Positions 15,701 to 28,569 of a DNA stretch of 64,000 nt are shown here, piece by piece. The notes under the pieces are model-generated. The model did no database searches and had not been told where the DNA came from. It saw only the letters and a program-made list of their open reading frames with translations. Numbering within the stretch: position 1 is the first letter of the stretch; every line of letters begins with the position of its first letter. Source of the stretch: Amoebidium appalachense (Eukaryota > Protista > Ichthyosporea); NCBI GenBank assembly GCA_963693365.1, contig CAVNZM010000009.1, positions 7,173,408 through 7,237,407 on the forward strand, in the 5' to 3' direction. Both the position numbers and the translations under genes were made by a program.

Positions 15701-18700
15701 CGACAGTACAAACAGGAGCCACCAAGCCAGCAGCAGCCGCCGCAGGCTGTAGCCCCAGCAGGCAGCCCTCACCGGCAGCCACAGCAGGGGCCACCCAGCC
15801 TGCAGGCCCTGCCAGGGCCACCCAGCCAGCAACAACCGACCACACCTACACTGCAGCAGCTGCCTGCAGCGGCGGCGTGCAGCCCCGGCCGGCAGTGCAG
15901 CAGCAGCGTGCAGCCCCGGCCGGCAGGCCCAGCACGGGCCACCCAACCAACAGGAGCCACCCAGCCAGCAGCAGCAGCCTCAGGCTGTAGCCCCAGCAGG
16001 CAGCCCACACCGGCAGCCACAGCAGGGGCCACCCAGCCTGCAGGCCCTGCCAGGGTCACCCAGCCAGCAGCAACCGACCACACCCACAATGCAGCGGCGG
16101 CCTACAGTAGCAGAGTGCAGCTCCGGCCGGCCGGCCCAACACGAGCCACCCAGCCGACAGCACAAACAGGAGCCACCAAGCCAGCAGCAGCAGCCAAAGG
16201 CTGCAGCCCCAGCAGGCAGCCCACACCGGCAGTCACAGCAGGGGCCACCCACCCTGCAGGCCCCGCCTGGGCCACCCAGCCAGCAACAACCGACCACACC
16301 CACACTGCACCAGCTGCCTGCGGCAGCAGATTGCAGCCCCGGCCGGACGGCCCAGCACGGGCCACCCAGCCGACAGCACGAACAGGAGCCACCAAGCCAG
16401 CAGCAGCAGCCGCAGGCTGCAGACCCTGCCGGCAGCCCACACCGGCAGCCACAGCAGGGGCCACCCGGCCTGCAGGCCCTGCCAGAGCCACCCAACCAGC
16501 AGCAACCGACCCCACCCACACTGCAGCAGCTGCCTGCAGCAGCAGTTTGCAGCCCCGGCCGGCCGGCCCAGCACGGCCCACCCAGCCGACAGTACCAACA
16601 GGAGCCACCACGCCAGCAGCAGGAGCCTCAGGTTGCAGCCCTAGCAGGCATCCCACACCGGCAGCCACCGCAGGGACCACCCAGCCTGCAGGGCCTGCAT
16701 GGGCCACCCGGCCAGCAGCAACAAACCACACCCACCCGGCAGCAACTGCCTGCAGCAGCAGATTGCAGCCCCACCCAGCAGCACCAACCCACACCCACTT
16801 TGCTGCATCGGCCTGCCGCTGCCCCAGCAGACAGCCCCGGCCGGCAGGACCAGCATGGGCCACCCAGTCGCCAGCACCAACAGGAGCCACCAAGCCAGCA
16901 ACAGCAGCCTCAGGCTGCAGCCCCCGCCAGCAGACCACAACAGGGGCCACCCAGCCTGAAGGCCCTGCATGGGCCACCCAGCCAGCAGCAACCGATCACA
17001 TCTACACTGCAGCAGCTGCCTGCAGCAGCAGATTGCAGCCCCGGCCGGCCGGCCCAGCACGGGCCACCCAGCCGACAGTACAAACAGGAGCCACCAAGCC
17101 AGCAGCAGCCGCCGCAGGCTGTAGCCCCAGCAGGCAGCCCTCACCGGCAGCCACAGCAGGGGCCACCCAGCCTGCAGGCCCTGCCAGGGCCACCCAGCCA
17201 GCAACAACCGACCACACCTACACTGCAGCAGCTGCCTGCAGCGGCGGCGTGCAGCCCCGGCCGGCAGGCCCAGCACGGGCCACCCAGCCGACAGCACCAA
17301 CAGGAGCCACCCCGCCAGCAACAGCAGCCTCAGGCTGCAGACCCAGCAGGCAGCCCACACCTGCAGCCACAGCAGGGGCCACCCAGCCTGCAGGCCCTGC
17401 CAGAACAACCCAGCCAGCAGCAACCGACCACACCCACACGGCAGCAGCAGCAGGTAGCAGACTGCAACCCCAGCCGGCAGGCCCAAGACGGGCCATCCAG
17501 CCGACAGCACCCACAGGAGCCGCCAAACCAGCAGCAGCAGCCTCAGGCGGCAGCCCCAGCAGGCAGCCCACACCGGCAGCCTCAGCAGGGGCCACCCAGC
17601 CTGCAGGCCCTGCCAGGGCCACCCAGCCAGCAACAACCGACCACACCCACACTGCAGCAGCCGCCTGCAGCAGCAGCGTGCAGCCCCGGCCGGCAGGCCC
17701 AGCACGGGCCACCCAACCAACAGGAGCCACCCAGCCAGCAGCAGCAGCCTCAGGCTGTAGCCCCAGCAGGCAGCCCACACCGGCAGCCACAGCAGGGGCC
17801 ACCCAGCCTGCAGGCCCTGCCAGGGTCACCCAGCCAGCAGCAACCGACCACACCCACAATGCAGCGGCGGCCTACAGTAGCAGATTGCAGCCCGGGCCGG
17901 CCGGCCCAGCACGGGCCACCCAGCCGACAGTACCAACAGGAGCCACCAAGCCAGCAGCAGCCGCCGCAGGCTGTAGCCCCAGCAGGCAGCCCTCACCGGC
18001 AGCCACAGCAGGGGCCACCCAGCCTGCAGGCCCTGCCAGGGCCACCCAGCCAGCAACAACCGACCACACCTACACTGCAGCAGCTGCCTGCAGCGGCGGC
18101 GTGCAGCCCCGGCCGGCCGGCCCAGCACGGGCCACCCAGCCGACAGCACCAACAGGAGCCACCCCGCCAGCAACAGCAGCCTCAGGCTGCAGACCCAGCA
18201 GGCAGCCCACACCTGCAGCCACAGCAGGGGCCACCCAGCCTGCAGGCCCTGCCAGAACAACCCAGCCAGCAGCAACCGACCACACCCACACGGCAGCAGC
18301 AGCAGGTAGCAGACTGCAACCCCAGCCGGCAGGCCCAGGACGGGCCATCCAGCCGACAGCACCGACAGGAGCCGCCAAACCAGCAGCAGCAGCCTCAGGC
18401 GGCAGCCCCAGCAGGCAGCCCACACCGGCAGCCTCAGCAGGGGCCACCCAGCCTGCAGGCCCTGCCAGGGCCACCCAGCCAGCAACAACCGACCACACCC
18501 ACACTGCAGCAGCCGCCTGCAGCAGCAGCGTGCAGCCCCGGCCGGCAGGCCCAGCACGGGCCACCCAACCAACAGGAGCCACCCAGCCAGCAGCAGCAGC
18601 CTCAGGCTGTAGCCCCAGCAGGCAGCCCACACTGGCAGCCACAGCAGGGGCCCCCCAGCCTGCAGGCCCTGCCAGGGTCACCCAGCCAGCAGCAACCGAC

Positions 18701-21700
18701 CACACCCACAATGCAGCGGCGGCCTACAGTAGCAGATTGCAGCCCCGGCCGGCCGGCCCAGCACGGGCCACCCAGCCGACAGTACCAACAGGAGCCACCA
18801 AGCCAGCAGCAGCCGCCGCAGGCTGTAGCCCCAGCAGGCAGCCCTCACCGGCAGCCACAGCAGGGGCCACCCAGCCTGCAGGCCCTGCCAGGGCCACCCA
18901 GCCAGCAACAACCGACCACACCTACACTGCAGCAGCTGCCTGCAGCGGCGGCGTGCAGCCCCGGCCGGCCGGCCCAGCACGGGCCACCCAGCCGACAGCA
19001 CCAACAGGAGCCACCCCACCAGCAACAGCAGCCTCAGGCTGCAGACCCAGCAGGCAGCCCACACCTGCAGCCACAGCAGGGGCCACCCAGCCTGCAGGCC
19101 CTGCCAGAACAACCCAGCCAGCAGCAACCGACCACACCCACACGGCAGCAGCAGCAGGTAGCAGACTGCAACCCCAGCCGGCAGGCCCAGGACGGGCCAT
19201 CCAGCCGACAGCACCGACAGGAGCCGCCAAACCAGCAGCAGCAGCCTCAGGCGGCAGCCCCAGCAGGCAGCCCACACCGGCAGCCTCAGCAGGGGCCACC
19301 CAGCCTGCAGGCCCTGCCAGGGCCACCTGGCCGGCAACAACCGACCACACCCACACTGCAGCAGCTGCCTGCAGAAGCGGAGGGTAACCCCGGCCGGCAG
19401 GCCCAGCACGGGTCACCCAGCCGACAGCACCAGCAGGAGGCACCCAGCTGGCAGCAGCAGATTCAGGCTGTAGTCCCAACAAGCAGCCCACAACGGCAGC
19501 CACAGCAGGGGCCACCCAGCCTGCAGGCCCTGCCAGGGCCACCCAACCAGCAACAACCGACCACACCCACACCGCAGCAGCCGCCTGCAGCAGCGACGGG
19601 CAGCTCCGGCCGGCAGGCCCAGCACGGGCCACCCAGCCGACAGCACCAACAGGAGCCACCCAGTCAGCAGCAGCAGCCTCAGGCTGCAGCCTCAGCGGGC
19701 AGCCCACACCGGCAGCCACAGCAGGGGCCACCCAGCCTGCAGGCCCTGCCAGGGTCACCCAGCCAGCAGCAAACGACCACACCCACACTGCAGTGGCTGC
19801 CTGCAGCAGCAGATTGCAGCCCCGGCCGGCCGGCCCAGCGCGGGCCACCCAGCCGACGGCACAAACAGGAGCCACCAAGCGAGCAGCAGCAGCCACAGGC
19901 TGCAGCCCCAGCAGGCAGCCCACACCGGCAGTCACAGCAGGGGCCACCCAGCCTGCAGGCCCCGCCAAGGCCACCCAGCCAGCAGCAACCGACCACACCC
20001 CCACTGCACCAGCTGCCGCATGATCGCAGCCCCGGCCGGCCGGCCCAGCGCGGGCCACCCAGCCGACGGCACAAACAGGAGCCACCAAGCGAGCAGCAGC
20101 AGCCTCAGGCTGCAGACCCAGCAGGCAGCCCACACCTGCAGCCACAGCAGGGGCCACCCAGCCTGCAGGCCCTGCCAGAACAACCCAGCCAGCAGCAACC
20201 GACCACACCCACACGGCAGCAGCAGCAGGTAGCAGACTGCAACCCCAGCCGGCAGGCCCAGGACGGGCCATCCAGCCGACAGCACGAACAGGAGCCTCCA
20301 AGCCAGCAGCAGCAGCCTCAGGCTGCAGCCCCAGCAGGCAGCCCACACCGGCAGCCACAGCAGGGGCCACCCAGCCAGCAGCAACCGACCCCACCCACAC
20401 TGCAGCAGCTGCCTGCAGCAGCAGTGTGCAACCCCGGCCGGCCGGCCCAGCACGGCCCCCCCAGCCGACAGTACCAACAGGAGCCACCAAGCCAGCAGCA
20501 GCAGCCTCAGGCTGCAGCCCTAGCAGGCAGCCCACACCGGCAGCCACAGCAGGGGCCGCCCAGCCTGCAGGCCCTGCATGGGCTACCCGGCCAGCAGCAA
20601 CAAATCACACCCACACTGCAGCAGCTGCATGCAGCAGCAGATTGCAGCCCCGGCCGGCAGGCCCAGCACGGGCCACCCAGCCGACAGCACCAACAGGAGC
20701 AACCAAGCCAGCAGCAGCAGCCGCAGGCTGAAGCCCAAGCAGGCAGCCCACACCGGCAGCCAAAGCAGGGGCCACCCCGCCTGCAGACCCTGCCAGGGCC
20801 ACCCACGGGCAACCAACAGCTACAGACCACACCCACGCAGCCGCAACGGCCCACAGCAGCAGAGTGCAACCCTGGCCAGCAGGCGCGGCACGGGTCACCC
20901 ACCCTGCAGCAGCACCCCACCCCCCCAGCAGCCCACCTGTCTCAGACAGGGAGGCAGTGGGAGGAGTGGGAGGCAACCATGCGGGAGCAACTACAACTAT
21001 ACAGGTCCCAACTCCGAAGGAAACGGCAAAAACTCCTTTGGTTACGGGCAAACAGCAGCAGCAGAAGCACGGTGCAAGCGTATGGTGGACGAACTCCGGC
21101 GAGCACTAAGCAGCATTTTAGACCGGGGGAGTGTGAACGTCTCGGCTACGTTAGTCAAGCACGTCACCCCAACGGGCACTGAGTACCTCACGGAGTGGGC
21201 TGACACGGAGCCCGTCATTCGTGAAACTTATCACCGGTGGACGGCCCGCAGGAACCCACACATCGAGGAGATGCTCGCCGACCCAATGTGGGCCGACATC
21301 TATCGACCGATCCCCCCCGAAGACTCCCCATTAGGGTCTATAATGCACCCGGCCACCCACGACGAGCTCCAACAGATCGTCCAAAGCCGACAGGGGGGGA
21401 AGGCCCCCGGCCCAACGGAAATCCAGTACGAATACTTCCAACACCTGGGGCCAAAGGGGCTAGCATGGCTCCTACATATCATCAACGGATGTCTGGACAC
21501 GGGGACCACACCGAGGTCATGGCTGCACCACACCATCCATCCCCTACCGAAAGGGGAATGGGAAGGTGACTTCGACAAAACCCGACCGATAGCACTCTTG
21601 GAAACGGCACGGAAGCTGCTAGAATCGGTCATCAACCAGCGCCTACTCTCGATCTTCCGGCAGTACCCCACCCTCCTCCCGGGGGGGAATTTTGGGTTCG

Positions 21701-24700
21701 TGCCGGGCCCGGGTATCGACGGGGCGCTGGCTATCATCCGAGAGACGATAGAGGATGCCATAGACCACGACCAGGAACTATGGATCGTCCAACAGGACAT
21801 TAAGAGGGCATATGACACGGTGTCTTGGCCCTCGGTGGAACTGGGGCTCACCCGCCTGGGCACAGACCCCCAGCTAATCACCCTCCTCCGGCACATGTGG
21901 CACAGTCGTACGGCCACGGTGTGCACAGACCAGGGGCACACTGAGTCTTTCCCTGTTGAAAACGGCCTGGCCCAAGGGGCTGTCCTCTCCCCCATTCTGT
22001 GGATTATTTTCTACGATCCAGTTTTAACAGCCATCAAAAGGCACGGCAAGGGGTACACTTTCCACCTACCCCCACAGACACAGCACCACACACCGGCACA
22101 AACACCCCCGTGTGTGACGTCTGTAGCTTTCGCCGACGACACAACATGGTTTGGCCCCAACAAGGAGAGCATCCAGCATACTCTCGATTTATCTGCCCCC
22201 TTTTTTTATTACCATGACTTGGAACCACACCCAGACAAGTTTTCAGTCCTCGCCGGTGGTACCCCAACACGGGCAACAGTGGCCCCCATGCAGTACCGCA
22301 AATCCCCGGGAGCACCACCCCTACCCATTCAGATCGAGCTCCCCGATGCAAACATCAGAGTGCTAGGGGTCAACATCACCCTCCAACGACACACCCGGCC
22401 CAACGATGGGAAGGCCATGCAGCTGACATTACGGGCCACCACCATACTAGCCCGTAAAATGCTGGCACCCAGCCAAGTGATCTACGTAGCCAACAGTGTG
22501 GTGGCCCCGGCCATCCTCTTCCTCCTCAAAGGGTCAGTCATCAGCAACACCACCATGCAGGCAATCGACAGCAAGTGGAGAGACCTACTCCGTCGGAAGT
22601 GTGGTTTCCACCGGAGCACCCCGTCCGGGCTGCTACACCATCCCACTCTAGGGGGACTGGCCAGCATCGTCGAATCAGCAGCCAGCACCATGGTTACGGA
22701 GCTGTGTGCCCTGCTGGAAACACCAGGACCAGCAGGGGACGTGGTCCGGTACCGAGCCTGGCAGCAGCAACACGTGACAGGCCTACCCTACCCACCCCTG
22801 CAAGCACCCCCAGCCAAACTTTACAGGCTAGGGGGAAAGCAGCTCCACAACTATTGGGCCCATATCACGGGGATCCTTCACGAGCGGCACCTGAGTATTG
22901 GGGAAACCCCTCCCCAAAAAACACAAGCACCCCCCACCCCACCCCCCCCCTCCCCCCAAGGAGAAGGAGGGGAAGCAGCAACAACAACCAGCACCCCTAT
23001 CAACACCGTTTTCCCGGACCACACCTTTGCGGCCCACATCGGCCCCCACACACACCCCCGTCAACTCTACACGGTGGAGGACACCATGGTACGGCCGGGG
23101 GTGTTCCGGGCGTTCCCCGAACTGCCCCACCCCCCAGACCTACTACACCCGGGAGCTACACAGTGGTACAGGTCCATCATCAAGGGGGCCATCCCCATCG
23201 CAGACAAACTACGGCCAGCACCCAGACCACACACCCACCACACCATTGACCTCGTGCCAAACCACCCCGTCGGTGCATTCGTGGTGGAAATAGTCAAGAA
23301 CGGGCAATACGAACTCAGCCAGGTGGTGGCCCACACCACCCACAACGGGGAGGCTTGGGTCAAAATAGCCCATCTACGGGACAACACAGAGGAGGAGGGG
23401 CTGAGATGGCACCGACCCACGTGGAACGACCCACATGGAACAGCCCATTTCCGCTTTTGCCCTGGTGACTGCAAATACGGCCACTCCCCATGGAACCTAG
23501 CCTACACCCCGGCCACCCTCTCCCCCAACCCCGGGTACGCAGACGGAGAGGGGGAAGGGTTAGACACGGAGCCAGAATCGGAGTCGACGGGGCCCAGCGA
23601 CGACTCCGACGACTCAGAGGACTCTAACACCGACAGCACCAACAGCAAATACGAGCCCCCTGAGCCCCCAGCCGATAATCACACCCACAACAAGCAGTGT
23701 GTGGGGTGGACCCGTGCTGTGGAGGTGATACGGGCAGAACCCTACGTGGCCTTCAAGACCCGAATCACCACCCACATGGTAGTCCCGAAGTACCACAAGG
23801 ACTTCATCAACACCGACAGTATCGACATCTACCAAGTCATCGCACTGAAGGATGGTTCCGATCCGGCCGAGCAGTGGAGGAAGATACACCATTTCCGGCG
23901 GCATCTTCCCCCCCACCAACAGGCATCACCCCAGATGCTCCACCTGCAAGCCAACGAGGAAGCCACACCCTTACCGGGGGACCTCCCCGGCCCACCCCCC
24001 CCCCCAGCAGCCACCACCGGTAGGGTCACCACCAGGACACAAGTGCACGGCCCACCCGGCTGACCTGCCGAGCCCACCCACTCCCCGTAGGCTCACCTAC
24101 ACCGACTTGGTGCCCCAGGCCACCTATGACGAGTGGCAGCAGCAAATCACCCTGATCCCCCCAGACCAACCGATCACCGTTTATACGGACGGCAGCCTCA
24201 TCCACCCGGGCAGGAGGACAGCCCAGGCCGGAGCCGGGGCGGCACTGGACACCCCGGACCGGAAAGCACCTCCAGTGACGGCCAAGACCAGGCTCCATAC
24301 GGCCCTATCATCCACCCAAGCCGAACTCACAGGGGTACTACTAGCCCTCCTGCTCACCCCCACCACCACCCCCATCCACATCAAGCTCGATAACCTCGGA
24401 GTAGTCGACCGATGGACGGCAAATATAGACCCCACCACACCCCCTCGACGCAAGCTAAAATTCCCCCACATAGTGGAATGGGCTCACGTACGAGACCAAC
24501 TCTCTCTCCGGCAACCAGGCTCTGTACAGGTATCGTGGGTGAAGGGGCACCAATCCAACACCAAACGGTACGGTCAACGGAATAACGAGGCAGACAAGGC
24601 AGCCAATGCAGGAAGAGTCCTCCCCCCCCCCCCCCCCCTACCTCCGGCCCCGGGGGGGGGGGAAATACTTCCTACGACTACAAGGCCACCGTATCCCCGG

Positions 24701-25645
24701 CAACATTCCCGGTACACTGAACCGGTTGAACAAGGACTTCCTCACTGACATGGCCGGCAAGACCAAGGCTATGTCCATACTAGCCGACCCCAGACTGCTC
24801 CCAGCCGAACGGAACCCCCTCAAGCTCAACAAGGGGCCCACACAGGCAACCATCGGGGCAGTCAGAGGAAACACTCGTAGCCTGTCCCTGGCCATGGGCA
24901 CCCTGCCTACCATGGCACGGCTACACCGAGATCACCCCACCGTCGTTACACAGCCCACATGCCCCCGGTGCAGCCAGCACCCTGAGACCACCACCCACCT
25001 CTGGGCCTGCCCGGCCCATGCCGGGGAAGTCCCCACCCTGACCACCGCCATCACAGCCTGCATCCACAACGTCCTGCACACTCGTCATCCAAACACCCCC
25101 ACGGCACAGCACCACCATACGGCAGCCACGGTGGTAGACCAATGTGCATGGATAAACTGGATAGGAGGCAACGGTGACCCACCTGACCCCGAAGACACCA
25201 AGTGGGTCGAACGGGGATTCTGCCCACGATCGGTGGGCCCACTACTTGCAGCCACCGGCACCACCAAGACCACCACCCGGGCCATCTAAGAAAAATCACA
25301 GTAGAGTTGCAATCCTTTTTCTTTGCAAAAATTTGGCACCCACGGAACACAACACTCCCCCCCACCCACCCTAAAATGCAAAAACACCACCACATACCCA
25401 CCACCCGTAGAAAGAAAAGTATGGCTCTCCAAAAACCCAAAAAACCAACAAATACACCCCCCACACACACCCGGCCGGCCTGTTCTGAATGCCGGAACAC
25501 CCACAGACCCGGTGTGCCCTGTAAAACCCACCTTTTAGTCCACAAAAACATCGCCACAACATACGTACACCAACACAGAATGTTAGGCAGCAACCCCCCA
25601 CCACCACCACCACCACACCCCATCATCCACCCATACCCACCGTAA
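9748..25645 (+). CDS. LINE ORF2: APE endonuclease, giant P/Q repeat linker, reverse transcriptase, RNase H, CCHC finger (several frameshifts)
   Basis: APE motifs GTLNLAG, VILTET, VAGDFNE, SRIDYVY, TDHH (9958-10830). RT motifs KAPGP, RPIALLE, QDIKRAYDTV, GLAQGAVLSP, AFADD (21400-22370). RNase H motifs YTDGS, AELTGV, KLDN, WVKGH, NNEADKAA (24180-24605). CPRC..ETTTHLWAC at ~24960-25010 and IWHPRN at ~25330. Confidence 0.9.
11430..20900 (+). repeat. ~9.5-kb CAG-rich tandem array of ~216-bp (207-216) units with higher-order duplications
   Basis: Unit encodes PAGSPHRQPQQGPPSLQALPGPPSQQQPTTPTLQQLPAAAACSPGRQAQHGPPSRQHQQEPPSQQQQPQAAA (72 aa). Identical or near-identical ORF-track entries recur at offsets of 852, 2622 and 3994 bp. 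Confidence 0.97.
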
Positions 25646-26602
25646 ATATTATACACAACACCTAGGACTTCCCAATACTGTAGATCGACCAATGAGAGCC
25701 CTCGGTTAACGTTTATTGCTAGGTTTTTGAATGGAGGGGAGGACTGGAGCCTCCTGCCGGCGTGGCTGGGGTAGTAGCCCTGGGCAAAGTGTGTACTTAT
25801 AGTTAGGTTGTGAAGGATGGTTTAGCTTAGCTGAACTCATAGATAGCACCTTAACTAGTGTACTGTCGGTGCTGTGTGGTAGACGGTAGTTTCCCTAGAG
25901 GGCCTGAAAAGGCCTCCGGGAACAAAACGTGATAAAAAAAAAATAAAAAATAAAAAATAAAAAAATAAAATGCCCTTTTTCTAAATCCATGCCGCACCCC
26001 TCATCCACCATGGTGAACCAATACTCTGCTATCCGCACACCAAGTCTAACAACATGCGACCTTTCCTATCAACCGACGCTCACTGTACTCCAATATAGAG
26101 TGCACCGATAGTCTTACATCAGACACCCTTACTTGTGCCTTCACTACCGTCCAGGACCTACCCTACCGTAAACACGCACACCAGCCATCGTCGGCAAGGT
26201 CAGCCCTCGGCATAACCCCCGTTTTGTACAATATCCATATTCGATTGGTCGGCTAATTTCGGTACAACATTCCATCGTCCGATTCCGAGCATAATGGGGC
26301 CATAAGCCTGTCGCGTGGCGCACGAGGCCGCCCTTTATCGCACGATAATCGCAGGTGGCTGCCAATGTGTCGCGTGAGGCGGTCTAGTTTTTACCCTACC
26401 GCCGATAACCTGCGGATCGAAAAGTCCTGCGCAGTTTACCTGCCGATTACCCCCAGATTTCGCAACAAGGTGTGTCGGATTATCTGCGGGTACGGGGGGT
26501 AGTTTTTCTCAGAGCATGGTACCCCATTTTTCTATCTTTCAAAGCTAAGTTAACAGACACCTCATATAATTTTCAAATTTACTCTAATGTAACTTCAAGT
26601 GC

Positions 26603-27637
26603 TTAGACTACGTATGGTCCGCATGCTCTAACTAACCCCCTCCCCTAATCAAAACTGCAGCCACAGTGCCCTCCGGTGCAGCCCACCCAATGGGGTACTA
26701 CTGCGTACAATACCGTCTGCCGCCTCAAACACCCCCCTCTTGTCGAAGGCACCCGACTGTGTCTTGCGCTGGTCCTTGCTGGCCAGGTGGTAGTTGTGGG
26801 GGACCCCGGGCACGGGTTCACGGAGCAGCCGGTGGTTGGTGACGCTCACACTCGGCAGCTCGCCGTGCACCAGCCTATAGAGGTTGGGCATGTTGACGGT
26901 GTCGGCTGCACGGCGGGAGAGGGTGATGCCCTTGACCTTGACGTCGGTCTTGCCGTCCTGGGTGCGGTAGGCATACGTCTTGGGGGCCACCCCCACGAAC
27001 TCGACAATGGGGGTGGTGGTCTCGTTCTTCCAGTTGCCCAGCAGGTCGCCGTTGGTGGAGTCGATGTTGTGGCGGAGGTGGGGCACCCTGCTGTCGTAGT
27101 GGTACACGATGGAGTCGGTGTCCATGTACACCACCTGCTGGGGGGACAGGGACCGGAGGGCCCCGTAGAGGTGCAGCCGGGCATGTGCCGTGACGTACGT
27201 GCCAATGGCAATGTTGGCATAGGAGGGGGGTGGGGCCGTCTCCTTCTTGGGCCGGTACTTGATGGCCACCCTCTGCTCGCCGATGGGCTCGACGTCGAGC
27301 ACCAGGAGGTTGGGGTTGGTCACCAGCAGCCTCAGCCGGTCGACGTCGTCGACAAACTCGATGGTGTCCAGCCCCGCCCTCTGCACCAACTTGCCCCAGA
27401 GGCTGTTCAGAAACAGCTTGCTGATGGTACGCAGGGCCGGGTTGGGGTCAAACTCGTCGGCGGTCACCGTAATGCCGTAGTGCTCCTTGAACAGGTGCAC
27501 GAGGGCAGGAATGTCGGCCGGGTCGACGGTGGTGCTGGTGAGCTTCACCTTCAGGAACGTCTGCACGTACTTCCGGAAGAGGTTCTTGGTGCGTTTCTTG
27601 AAGTGCACCATGTCGTACACGTCGAGTATGGTGTACC
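26603..27637 (-). pseudogene. Protein-primed DNA polymerase B, C-terminal part (left copy)
   Basis: Motif B LRTISKLFLNSLWGKLVQR, motif C VVYMDTDSIVY, plus FVGVAPKTYAY and KVKGITL. It joins in frame to 39223 once the Copia and one TSD copy are removed (..VAVRDGY|TILDVYDMVHF..). Confidence 0.95.
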
Positions 27638-28569
27638 TGTTAAATTGTATAAGTATTTGGGATGTAAGCAGAGACACAGTGGTGCAGTGTGAAAACACCA
27701 CAGACACACACAACAACAAAACACGGAACGATCGGAGCAGTGTACACAACAGACATCAATGTTTAGACACGACTGAACTGAATTTATTCTGATCTTCGAA
27801 TAAATACCTGAAATTCCTCTAAGTCCAATCCTTACATGATTTCCGACCAGTCGGAAATCAGATCCATCTCTAATAGAAACCAATCACTAAGAACCAATTG
27901 CTTTCAGAGAGATCCGGTACGCGGAGACGCACACGATAGGACACAGACACTAGTTAAGGTCAACTTGTGTCATCATCAAGGAAGTTCTAACCTATGACAT
28001 ACTGCAAAGACTCAGACATATCACACTTAACCTTGATGATTGGTTAAAGCTCGGCAACACATGAAAACTAAAGTGAATTAATGAAGTCTAAACACACATG
28101 CTATTCTAAGTGTAGCCTAAGTGTGTTACCGTCCAATGAACACGTACACAGTATTAAGTAACACAAATCTACCTAACATATATTAGTAGAAAAGAAATAC
28201 GATTATACACATGAAGACAAAGAAAGAAAGAAAAGAAAATAAGGAAGGAGAAAGAGGAAGGAAAAGAGAGCACAGATCAACAAACAAGATAGCAATAGCA
28301 TAACTATAACCAGAGATATTTATGTACACACGAACATGTACACGTCTCTCCCTGAGTGGGTGGATCCGTGTACACACATATAAATATTCTAATCGATATT
28401 ACAATACACGATTAGAGCCGATACAACACGATTACAAGTATACAAGCATATCGGAGATCGATGCTTCATTTTACATAATAGGAGTGTGGCATATACACTA
28501 AGCATATGAACTGAAACATAACACAAACTGAGAAGATCTTACCATATGTAGATACTACGTATTACAACA
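27638..28569 (-). repeat. Copia 3' LTR
   Basis: Near-identical to 38292-39222 (two short indels and at least one substitution seen). Preceded on the minus strand by the polypurine tract (28570-28580). Confidence 0.95.

Larger units (their letters stand above)
6812..25970 (+). mobile_element. Full-length non-LTR retrotransposon (LINE; ORF1 plus APE-RT-RNase H ORF2), 19.2 kb
   Basis: 13-bp TSD TGCCCTTTTTCTA at 6799-6811 and 25971-25983. (TAAAAAA)n tail at ~25933-25970. TIR copy 2 is continuous across the homologous site (~46085-46140). Confidence 0.95.

Noticed and set aside
11430-20900. CRISPR-like array
   Set aside because: Units are ~216-bp contiguous repeats with no unique spacers and no cas genes; the context is eukaryotic.
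11165-21182. 2740-aa, 1697-aa and 1289-aa ORFs as a standalone mucin- or glutenin-like host gene
   Set aside because: They lie between the APE and RT domains inside one TSD-bounded LINE and have no independent gene signals.
26676-27692. Long antisense ORFs over pPolB and Copia
   Set aside because: Shadow frames of GC-rich coding DNA with no motifs.
26649-27749. 366-aa ORF starting MCTLLRSF as a complete polymerase (and the same start on the 1028-aa ORF at 35317-38403)
   Set aside because: The shared N-terminus is read-through from LTR sequence. The true pPolB continues at 39223 and gag starts at 38229.
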